DNA from: Candidatus Micrarchaeota archaeon
GTDB lineage: Archaea; Micrarchaeota; Micrarchaeia; Anstonellales; Bilamarchaeaceae
Length of the DNA: 32,000 bases
Direction: 5' to 3'
NCBI GenBank assembly: GCA_043816005.1
Contig: JBDRIM010000073.1
Span: forward strand, 1 to 32,000
This document shows positions 1 to 7,575 of this stretch, one piece after another; position 1 is the first letter of the stretch; each line of letters opens with the position of its first letter. The notes beneath the pieces are model-generated. The model ran no database searches and was not told the origin of the DNA. It saw only the letters and a program-made list of their open reading frames with translations. The position numbers and the translations under genes were made by a program.

Positions 1-287
1 TTATGTTTGAATGTTATACTGTCTGCACCATCCCGTGCAGCTATTCTATATAGATCTTCAAATTTTTCACTATCTCTGAATGTTATTCGTTTAATCAACA
101 CCATTTCTGATTTTGTTGGTCTCCAACTGTGACTGAGAGTAATACTATTCTGTTTTTCATCCTTTTTTGTAGCGACTGGTACTTCTTTAGTGAAATCCGG
201 AAGGGTGTAGTCATCATGTTTTTCAGTGCTTAGGCTGTGTAGTCTGTCATCGGAACTATGCACAAACGAATACTCAACCTTTTTCAT
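1..287 (-). CDS. hypothetical protein, C-terminus cut by window edge
   Basis: Hand translation of the minus strand from ATG at 287 gives 95 stop-free codons (MKKVEYSFVHSSDDRLHSLS...WRPTKSEMVLIKRITFRDSEKFEDLYRIAARDGADSITFKH) running off the window. TATA-like tttatatatttta at 316-328 lies upstream. No family recognised. Confidence 0.45.
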   Translation of the reverse strand, partial: MKKVEYSFVHSSDDRLHSLSTEKHDDYTLPDFTKEVPVATKKDEKQNSITLSHSWRPTKSEMVLIKRITFRDSEKFEDLYRIAARDGADSITFKH

Positions 288-395
288 ACTAACTCCCTCG
301 CTTCGCTACTACGTTTATATATTTTATGCCACCAACCATTTTTAAATCTGTGTTACAGTTATTCGAGAGGTGCCCCTTATATCACAGGAGTCAAT

Positions 396-1139
396 CTAGT
401 CGGTTTCTATTCGTGGCGCAAGGTAGTATGTCACTTTGGCTCCATCTAATTCATATTCTAGTTTAAGTGGCCTATCAGTTTCAAGGTTTATGGTAACTAT
501 AGAGCTTGCAGTTGTTGCTTTAACCATATCCTCTAGATATTGCAGTGGAAATGTTGCCCTTGCAGCAGCCCCTGCACTTAATTCAATAACCTCAGTACTT
601 CCTTTATCAAATTCAGCTCTAACGTCGCCATTTTCCCCTCTAACATCAACGATAAACTGTTCTGGAGTGAGTTGTAATCTCACATGTGAACTAATTAGTT
701 TCGCATCCTTCAATGTTTCCTTTATTGCATCTGCCCTTATCTTAGCAATGTTCTGAAACTCTATTTTGGGTTCTCTTTGAACCCTATCACCAGTTTCGAT
801 TAGTGGAATTTTGAATGTTTTTTTATGTTTATCTCCAAAGAATTTTATTACTAGTCTTCCTTCTTCGACTGAAAGTTCAGCTTTTTCACCTTTCTTACCT
901 CGTGCCAAAACACTTGATAATTGGCTAATATCAACCCCCAGCTTTCTTTCCTCTGGAAGATGATATTCCACAAATGCTGCTTTTGGCATTACAAAGGAAA
1001 CCATAGAAATCTGGGATGGGTCCATGGCTTTGAGGTAAAGTCCATCGTTTTTTACTTCAAACTGACCTTCTTCAACTAAACAAACAATTGAATCTATTGC
1101 TGATTTCAAAGCTGGAGCATCTTGCACAACTAGTTTCAT
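396..1139 (-). CDS. pcn: DNA polymerase sliding clamp (PCNA)
   Basis: 247 aa, a typical archaeal PCNA length. N-terminus (MKLVVQDAPALKSAIDSI...EGQFEVKNDGLYLKAMDPSQISMV) matches the PCNA family pattern. Confidence 0.95.
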   Translation of the reverse strand: MKLVVQDAPALKSAIDSIVCLVEEGQFEVKNDGLYLKAMDPSQISMVSFVMPKAAFVEYHLPEERKLGVDISQLSSVLARGKKGEKAELSVEEGRLVIKFFGDKHKKTFKIPLIETGDRVQREPKIEFQNIAKIRADAIKETLKDAKLISSHVRLQLTPEQFIVDVRGENGDVRAEFDKGSTEVIELSAGAAARATFPLQYLEDMVKATTASSIVTINLETDRPLKLEYELDGAKVTYYLAPRIETD

Positions 1140-1426
1140 ATTAATACCTCCCTATCTGATTCCCTTCCTCTCAGTATAAATACGGTGATAAGAAATAAAA
1201 GCATAGGTTTTTTGTTTTTTTATTTAATGAAAATGCGTCCAACGCGTTTTGTGGGGGTTCGAAGAGACACCAATCCATTAAATAAAAAGAAACTTAGTGC
1301 GGGGGTTCGGGGGTCTCCCCCGAATTCAACTAAAAAGCAACTCAAAAGCTACTCTTCCGGTCATCGCTTTCGCTCTCACTGGGACGGTGATATCATCGTT
1401 GCCAAAGATAATTTGAACAGGAGCCA

Positions 1427-2431
1427 TTAAATTTTACACTGTCTCACAATAACCCCCGCTTCTTTCAATAATTTGAGTGGTGCTTCACCAAGTGGATATT
1501 CTACATTGTAAATGACTTCTGAAATACCAGCATTCAAAATCATTTTTGTGCAGATTAAACATGGTGAAAACGTAGTGTAAATTATTGTTCCTTTAATTGA
1601 TATTCCATGATAGGATGCCTGTACAATTGCATTTTCTTCACCATGAGAACAATAACACTCTTCTAAATTTTTACCGCTCTCGGCAAATGAATTGCATCTC
1701 GGACAACCACCTTCATTACAATTTCTTACTCCTCGTGGTGTCCCATTATATCCAGTTGAAATAATTCGTTTATCCTTGACAATTACAGCAGCCACTTTTC
1801 GTTTAATACAATTGCTTCTTGATGCAACAACCTTAGCAATCCTCATAAAATATTCATCCCAACTCGGACGTTCAAATCTGAATTTTTCTGATATCTCACC
1901 AAGCGTCTGATCCACTACATCATAAAGATGCTGTAAATCTCCGTCGTTTGTTATTTTTTTATCTGCTTTACCTACTGCGTCCATTATGGATTGGTGGGTT
2001 GCCTTATCGCTTTTCTTTTCAATATCTTCTATTCTGACAAACGCTTCAAATGTTACTGGATCTCCCTCGCGTTTTCGTACTTTCATTCTTCTGAAACGAA
2101 CATCCGGAGATGCAGTAATATAAAATAAAAAGAAACCTGGCTGTGATTTTAATTCATCAACCTCAGCAGCATTTCTTATAGAATCTACGACGTAATTTTT
2201 GTCATTTTCTGCTTTCAGAAGGATTTTCTTTGCCAAGATGCTAGGACCGAACTGTTCTCGCATCTTATTGCCTTTTTTAATAAGTGTTTCACGTGTGATT
2301 TCGATTCCTTCGCCACTTAATTCCTCTCTAATTACATCAGAAAGAGAAAGATAATAAAATCCTTTTTTTCTCAAATACTCGCAAATAGTACTTTTTCCAG
2401 CGCAATTCTCACCAGTTAATCCAATAATCAT
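1427..2431 (-). CDS. fusion protein: N-terminal P-loop nucleotide/dNMP-kinase-like domain + C-terminal dCMP (cytidine/deoxycytidylate) deaminase domain
   Basis: Walker A GLTGENCAGKST at the N-terminus. The C-terminal half has the zinc-binding deaminase motifs CSHGEENA (H-x-E) and SPCLICTKM (PCxxC), with ComEB-like context (VAAVIVKDKRIISTGYNGTPRG). Confidence 0.85.
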   Translation of the reverse strand: MIIGLTGENCAGKSTICEYLRKKGFYYLSLSDVIREELSGEGIEITRETLIKKGNKMREQFGPSILAKKILLKAENDKNYVVDSIRNAAEVDELKSQPGFFLFYITASPDVRFRRMKVRKREGDPVTFEAFVRIEDIEKKSDKATHQSIMDAVGKADKKITNDGDLQHLYDVVDQTLGEISEKFRFERPSWDEYFMRIAKVVASRSNCIKRKVAAVIVKDKRIISTGYNGTPRGVRNCNEGGCPRCNSFAESGKNLEECYCSHGEENAIVQASYHGISIKGTIIYTTFSPCLICTKMILNAGISEVIYNVEYPLGEAPLKLLKEAGVIVRQCKI

Positions 2432-2456
2432 ATTTATTGTTTATGTGGAAAGTTAT

Positions 2457-3002
2457 TTAGCTATAACTAGAAGACTCGTGTGTACGTCCAAAACAAAAAT
2501 CCCTTATCGGCAGTAATTGCTGTCCTTTTTGCGATTCTCCAAATCCATATCTCGCATAATAATCCCTAAGTCTTTTATCATCAGGCATGATCTTAACTAC
2601 GGAAATATTCCTATCTAGCGCCAATGCAACAGTTTCAGATAATACTACACCAAAAAAACCACGTCCTGTTGTTTTGGGATGAGGTGCATCATAGAATCCC
2701 GGAGCTCCATTTGTAATGCGTGTAATTTTTGCACATTTTCTTCCTAATCTTATCTGCGCAATTATGTGTAATCTTACAACTATCTCATCTTCGCTTATTG
2801 CACAAGCGACTACGACGCTGGTTGTTCCTCGTTGTTCATGAACAAAAGAGACAAACAACTCTCCTCTGTCATTTCCCCATCTATTTTCTCCTTTTACTAT
2901 CAATCCCTCTGGATTCATAAGTCTTAACTGAAGTTGTTGTTTTGTAGATCTAACTCTAGTTAGTTGCAACACATCTTCTCTTGGTAAAATTATTCGTTCC
3001 AC
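2457..3002 (-). CDS. possible GNAT-family N-acetyltransferase (GTG start)
   Basis: 181 aa. Has a TTGRGFFGVVL...LRDYYARYGF segment resembling GNAT motif A (R/Q-x-x-G-x-G/A) followed by a C-terminal Y..GF. This is a weak, motif-level call only. Confidence 0.4.
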   Translation of the reverse strand: MERIILPREDVLQLTRVRSTKQQLQLRLMNPEGLIVKGENRWGNDRGELFVSFVHEQRGTTSVVVACAISEDEIVVRLHIIAQIRLGRKCAKITRITNGAPGFYDAPHPKTTGRGFFGVVLSETVALALDRNISVVKIMPDDKRLRDYYARYGFGESQKGQQLLPIRDFCFGRTHESSSYS

Positions 3003-3039
3003 ATACCTATACTATGTGGTAATAAATAAAAATATACGT

Positions 3040-4785
3040 TTAGAAATATCTTCTCAACATTTTCTTAATCTCTTCAAAAAGAACTTTTTCATGGTCATTT
3101 AACATTGAAATTTGTGCATCCCATTTTTTTATTTCATCTTCGTTCATATAACTATAAAGTATTTCTCCTGCAAATACATTTTTTCCAATGGTTATCCCAT
3201 CACATGATATAGCAAGTTGATCTCCAACTCCGGCCTCGTCAACTTTTTCTTTTTCCTTTTGTATCTCCCTAATTTCACCAACTAAGTCACCATTTTTATT
3301 CATAACCCGGTAATTTTTCTTTACTCTTCCTGCCAGAACTTCAACACCAAAAATAGCTGGTTTTGATGCACGGAAAATGTAGCCATCCAAAACCTTAATC
3401 TTACCTGGCCAAACTACTTTTTCAAGTGCATATTTCTTTATCTCATCCTTTTCATTCTTTACCCATTCAGTATATTGATCTATCAATCGATAAATAATAT
3501 TGCTATAAATTATTTTTATTTTGCTGTTTTGTGCTTCTTCGTTTGCCTCATCAAGTATTTTGACATTAAAACCTAGGACAACACCGAGAAAAGGTTCATT
3601 CAGTGCAACTGCTGATGCGGCAAGCACATCCTTCCTAGTTATATTTCCAACTGCGGCATCACGCACATTTATCCCAACGTCTCTGAGTAATCTTAGGAGT
3701 GCTTCAACGGATCCAAGGCTATCAGCCCTTAATATTACGCCATCTTCCCCAGTTTTTTGAAAAATTACACTTTTGAACTGTGCTTCTATTGCTTTTTTAT
3801 CTCTCTCAAAATCCTCAACAACTTCTATTGGTGAACCCGGTATTGCTCCTTCTAAATCAGATGCATAAATTTTTACCCCTGCCGCAGCTACGACATCATC
3901 AACAAAAACAAATTTGTCTTTACCGCCCAAATTAGGTTCAAGCAATCCACGCACTTTGGTTCGTGCGATTCCATTTGAACTCATAAAAATAATGTCGTCG
4001 TTTTTTCTTAATATCCCCTCATAAATAATAACATCTATTGTCGTTCCAAGCCCTTTCTCTTCCTTAACTTCAATTATACTTCCCTTTCCTCTTCCATTCT
4101 CATCTATAAGGAGTTCATCACCAAGGAATTTTTGGCTTAATCCACCTATAAGAACAAGAAGTTCGCTTAATCCTTCTTTTGTTTTAGCGCTTATCGGAAG
4201 AATGGCAATGTGTTTTGTAAAATCATTTATTCTGTCAAATCTGTCACTATCAAAACCATATTCTGAAATTTTCCCCATAATATCGTATAATTTTTCGTCC
4301 AATCTTGTTTGGATATGTTCTGGTTGCCTTGCTAAAGCTTCGAGAAATGATGTTGTTTTTACTGTTTTCCAACCATTTATGGCATCAATCTTATTTGCTG
4401 CAATAACAAATGGTGTTTTGTATTGTTTAAGTATTTTTATACTTTCAATTGTTTGAGGTTGAAATCCACTATTTACATCAATAACTAGAATCACTAAATC
4501 AGCTAAACTCCCCCCTCTATCTCTTAAGTTTGTAAATGCCTCGTGACCTGGTGTATCTATAAACAAAAGACCTGGTATTGTTAAATTCACCTTCATCTTT
4601 TGTGCCAGATCAGTTGCAATTTTGTCTATGTCCTCTTTTGATACATAACTAGCTCCTATCATCTGCGTTATTCCGCCTGCTTCTTTTTTTGCAACTACAG
4701 TACCGCGAACCGAATCAAGGAGAGTTGTTTTGCCGTGGTCTACATGGCCTAAAATACATATTATTGGTGAGCGTTTGAATTTCAT
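3040..4785 (-). CDS. infB: translation initiation factor aIF5B (IF-2 family GTPase)
   Basis: 581 aa with GTPase motifs [20 protein letters not shown] and NKID. The overall layout is typical of archaeal aIF5B. Confidence 0.95.
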   Translation of the reverse strand: MKFKRSPIICILGHVDHGKTTLLDSVRGTVVAKKEAGGITQMIGASYVSKEDIDKIATDLAQKMKVNLTIPGLLFIDTPGHEAFTNLRDRGGSLADLVILVIDVNSGFQPQTIESIKILKQYKTPFVIAANKIDAINGWKTVKTTSFLEALARQPEHIQTRLDEKLYDIMGKISEYGFDSDRFDRINDFTKHIAILPISAKTKEGLSELLVLIGGLSQKFLGDELLIDENGRGKGSIIEVKEEKGLGTTIDVIIYEGILRKNDDIIFMSSNGIARTKVRGLLEPNLGGKDKFVFVDDVVAAAGVKIYASDLEGAIPGSPIEVVEDFERDKKAIEAQFKSVIFQKTGEDGVILRADSLGSVEALLRLLRDVGINVRDAAVGNITRKDVLAASAVALNEPFLGVVLGFNVKILDEANEEAQNSKIKIIYSNIIYRLIDQYTEWVKNEKDEIKKYALEKVVWPGKIKVLDGYIFRASKPAIFGVEVLAGRVKKNYRVMNKNGDLVGEIREIQKEKEKVDEAGVGDQLAISCDGITIGKNVFAGEILYSYMNEDEIKKWDAQISMLNDHEKVLFEEIKKMLRRYF

Positions 4786-4959
4786 CTAAAACACCTAGAA
4801 GTTGTGATGGTTACTACTTTTGGTCCCTAGTATTCAAATTCCTTTCTCATCCATATATACTCCCTGATTTACCATAAACACACACATTTATAAACACTTT
4901 TAACCATAATAAATTTGGTGATATTGATTACTGCCCAGCAGCAAATAAGGCCACCGACC

Positions 4960-6927
4960 ATGAGAGAACATGTAAAAGCATGTGGTGGTTTTGGTAGCTA
5001 TCTAAAAGAAAGCCGAGCAATCTCAAGGTTAGAAGATATGCTGCGCTATCCAACTACCCACCCAGGCCAAGAGGGCCAAGAAGTTTTTAGAGAAGGAATG
5101 CGTCTTTTTTCTGGTCTTACACCTGTTGGTAAAGAAAAAGTTATGTTAGAACTGGCACATGACCTCAAGTCCATCCGTTCTTATCCATTTGATTCACCAG
5201 AAGCAACAAGAAAACTAACTACGCTGGCGAATTTTTTTACTGAGGCTACAGAATTACTTCCAAAAGATGAACAAGGTGATATATGTAATGGGCCACACAT
5301 TCCTGCCATCACATCAATAAAAGATCTTTTTGAAGCAGATTCATTTTACGATCATACCAATCCTGAACACGTTGCTGCCAAAGAAGCCTGTCTTAAAGCA
5401 CTTTGGAATCTTGGTTATGGTTATATTGGTTTTTGGGAGCCGATTCTATTAGCTAATGATACTGTTTCAAAACAATGCACTGTTGATATGTGGCTTAATG
5501 AACCAATAAAAAATGAAGTGCCATTTGAGGAACATCCATGGTCTCTTCTAAGAAAACATTTTGATTCAATTAGTCAAGAGCTTTTACAATCCAAGTCACC
5601 AAAGAAATTTGAATTTTTCCAAAGAATGCTTTTTGATGAAGACCAATCCGTAGTTAAAAAAACACTCCAACTACTTGTATATTCAACTGATTTACCAGAA
5701 CATTTCTTTAGGCTTGCCCAGGATATTTCAAGAACATATCCAGATTTGGCACCACAAGGAAATTTACTTCACGCTATAATTGAGTGTAGGAACAAATTAT
5801 CTGAAGTAGGTGATGGACAATATTCAGCTGCACTCCAATTACTTGCATTTTATCAACGCGGATTATCCTATCTTGGGCCAATGCTTCAAGAAGCAGGAGC
5901 AGAAATGCTTTCAAATTATCATGAACCAAACTCCACAGTTTCAGATGATCCTGCTGAAAGAATATCCACATTAGCTATGGTGGGTATTAAAATCCCAGGT
6001 TCAAGGCTATCTTCAGTACCAGTTGAATCACAGCCAGATTTAGAAGCACATAGAGGTGCAGATGTTGAAGAGTTATGGCAATTGAGCATTCAAGAATTAA
6101 ATATACTAAGTCGTATGATTTGGGCAGGTCGTAACACAGTATCAGCAGATGAAGAACAAGAACTTGAAGCAATAGGTGCAGTTGCATTAGTAAAAATAAA
6201 ACAAATAGAAGAACAAAGAAAAGCATTGAATGTTCTTGTACAAATTACGCAAGCTGGTATTTCGATAGATGGATTTAGATTGAATATTGTTACACCTGGA
6301 GGGACTCAAGAACAGAATAGTGAAAATCCGCTATATGCATATATCGGTGCATCTGCTGATGTATTACAAACTCTTAATTTTGCTCAATTAAAAGAACTTA
6401 ATGAAATTGTTTGTTCTATCAAGCCCAGAAGTGAAGACGAGCTTATTGAATTGGATAAAATCGCATCAGTTGCAACCAGAAAACTCGAACAATCTGGAAT
6501 ATTTAATGGTCTTCGTACAAGGTCGGGTCCAATAGATTCACCACCAGCATGGCTTATGGAAGGTACAAGAGGTTCACCACTTAGATTCTCGAGATATCTT
6601 TTTGCTGATGGAAACAAGGTTATTTCCGGTGAATTTTCTTTCACATCTAAGTTTTTACGTGTTCCTTGGATGGAAGACTCAAAATCATGGCTAACTGATT
6701 ATTTATATCAAATACACTCACATCGTCTTCGCCAAGTTGGTGTTCTACTGAGGCAAATCGAAGAACCATTTCAATTATTGGCAGATCTTGACCATGAAGA
6801 ATTAGTTACATTAAGAGAATTTGTTTCTGGAAACCTTCCAGTCGGAACTCTCCCAGAATCAGAACAATTGTCTATGGGTAAACTCATATCGGCTACAATG
6901 CTGAAACTTTACCAAAGATTCTCATAA
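4960..6927 (+). CDS. large hypothetical protein with three ~45-aa internal repeats
   Basis: Long uninterrupted ORF. The track starts at TTG 4915; the first ATG is 4960 (MREHVKAC), downstream of TATA-like tttataaa near 4887-4894. No recognised domain. Repeats lie at about 6067-6205, 6361-6492 and 6775-6917. Confidence 0.7.
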   Translation: MREHVKACGGFGSYLKESRAISRLEDMLRYPTTHPGQEGQEVFREGMRLFSGLTPVGKEKVMLELAHDLKSIRSYPFDSPEATRKLTTLANFFTEATELLPKDEQGDICNGPHIPAITSIKDLFEADSFYDHTNPEHVAAKEACLKALWNLGYGYIGFWEPILLANDTVSKQCTVDMWLNEPIKNEVPFEEHPWSLLRKHFDSISQELLQSKSPKKFEFFQRMLFDEDQSVVKKTLQLLVYSTDLPEHFFRLAQDISRTYPDLAPQGNLLHAIIECRNKLSEVGDGQYSAALQLLAFYQRGLSYLGPMLQEAGAEMLSNYHEPNSTVSDDPAERISTLAMVGIKIPGSRLSSVPVESQPDLEAHRGADVEELWQLSIQELNILSRMIWAGRNTVSADEEQELEAIGAVALVKIKQIEEQRKALNVLVQITQAGISIDGFRLNIVTPGGTQEQNSENPLYAYIGASADVLQTLNFAQLKELNEIVCSIKPRSEDELIELDKIASVATRKLEQSGIFNGLRTRSGPIDSPPAWLMEGTRGSPLRFSRYLFADGNKVISGEFSFTSKFLRVPWMEDSKSWLTDYLYQIHSHRLRQVGVLLRQIEEPFQLLADLDHEELVTLREFVSGNLPVGTLPESEQLSMGKLISATMLKLYQRFS

Positions 6928-6936
6928 AGTGATCTT

Positions 6937-7173
6937 ATGAATGATACAATTGCATTTTTGATAAAAAAACTTTCTAGTAAAAGTGTTATGGAAAGGAAGG
7001 AAGCAATAAAAGAACTTAAGCACCATGTCCAGAGTTCAGGAAATCACCTGGCAAGATTATCATTAGATTATATCTCAGAACATGATCCTTCTTATACAGT
7101 AAGAAATCTGGCAAAACAGGCACTATCCTCTCAAATAAAACAACCTGTATGGGAACGTACTCATCTCTTCTGA
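6937..7173 (+). CDS. small HEAT/PBS-lyase-like repeat protein
   Basis: 78 aa, starting 9 nt after the preceding stop. ERKEAIKELK and DPSYTVRNLAKQAL resemble HEAT_PBS repeats (D..x.VR..A..AL). Confidence 0.5.
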   Translation: MNDTIAFLIKKLSSKSVMERKEAIKELKHHVQSSGNHLARLSLDYISEHDPSYTVRNLAKQALSSQIKQPVWERTHLF

Positions 7174-7183
7174 CTAAAAGATA

Positions 7184-7193
7184 TTATATAAAA
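7184..7193 (+). promoter_or_regulatory. TATA-box-like element upstream of tRNA-Val
   Basis: ttatataaaa lies about 27-37 nt upstream of the predicted tRNA 5-prime end at 7221, the expected archaeal promoter spacing. Confidence 0.45.
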
Positions 7194-7220
7194 TCTATTG
7201 GAACATCATTCTGCTACTAT

Positions 7221-7559
7221 GGGCTCGTAGTCGATTCCGACTTTTTGGAAAAAAGTCGGCCAAAAACTTTTTGGTTAAACGACAATGGTAAGACGCCTGC
7301 TTGACATTTTCACCGTTTAGAAAACAACAATGTCGTGATACGACATTGTGCCCATAAAAACGAAAAATCGTTTTTATAGAGGGGTGAAACCAAAACGGTC
7401 TGTAAATGGCCGATCAAAAACATTTGGAAAGAGAGTTTTGATGCACATAATTGTTCGATCTCTCGAACAATTTGCGTCTTGAACGATTCATCGTTCAAGT
7501 ACGACTTTTTCCAAAAGTTGCAATGCAGGAGATACGCGGTCCGATTCCGCGCGGGCCCA
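7221..7559 (+). tRNA. tRNA-Val(GAC) with two insertions (about 7235-7283 in the D loop; 7307-7523 at position 37/38)
   Basis: Joining the exons by hand gives a 73-nt cloverleaf. Acceptor GGGCTCG/CGGGCCC, D stem GTCG/AGAC with G18 G19, anticodon stem CCTGC/GCAGG, loop TTGACAT. T stem CGCGG/CCGCG, discriminator A73. A T-run follows. The T loop TCCGATT is atypical at position 55. Confidence 0.65.
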
Positions 7560-7563
7560 AATC

Positions 7564-7575
7564 TTTTTTTATTTT
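7564..7575 (+). terminator. oligo-T terminator after the tRNA
   Basis: tttttttatttt begins 5 nt after the discriminator base. Archaeal RNA polymerase terminates at T-runs. Confidence 0.45.

Noticed and set aside
436-756. Antisense ORFs inside well-supported genes (for example 436-756, 3521-3760, 8145-8447, 12491-12829, 14072-14347, 17820-18149, 18161-18397, 27689-28174)
   Set aside because: Each lies wholly within and opposite a gene with strong family motifs and shows Ser/Leu/Ile-rich low-complexity translation. These are typical shadow ORFs.
1240-1330. Split-tRNA half or tRNA remnant suggested by GGGGGTTCGAA (T-arm-like)
   Set aside because: No complementary 5-nt T-stem partner, acceptor strand or anticodon arm can be assembled on either strand around either copy.
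1185-1430. 81-aa plus-strand ORF in the PCNA-deaminase spacer
   Set aside because: It starts at a non-ATG codon, has highly basic low-complexity content and no SD, and runs through the GC hairpin and the candidate sRNA on the opposite strand. It is likely spurious.
7310-7498. 62-aa ORF on the minus strand between the HEAT-like gene and the methyltransferase
   Set aside because: It lies entirely inside the predicted tRNA-Val intron and its reading frame runs through four perfect hairpins. It has no SD or promoter and reads as low-complexity sequence. The region is better explained as structured RNA.
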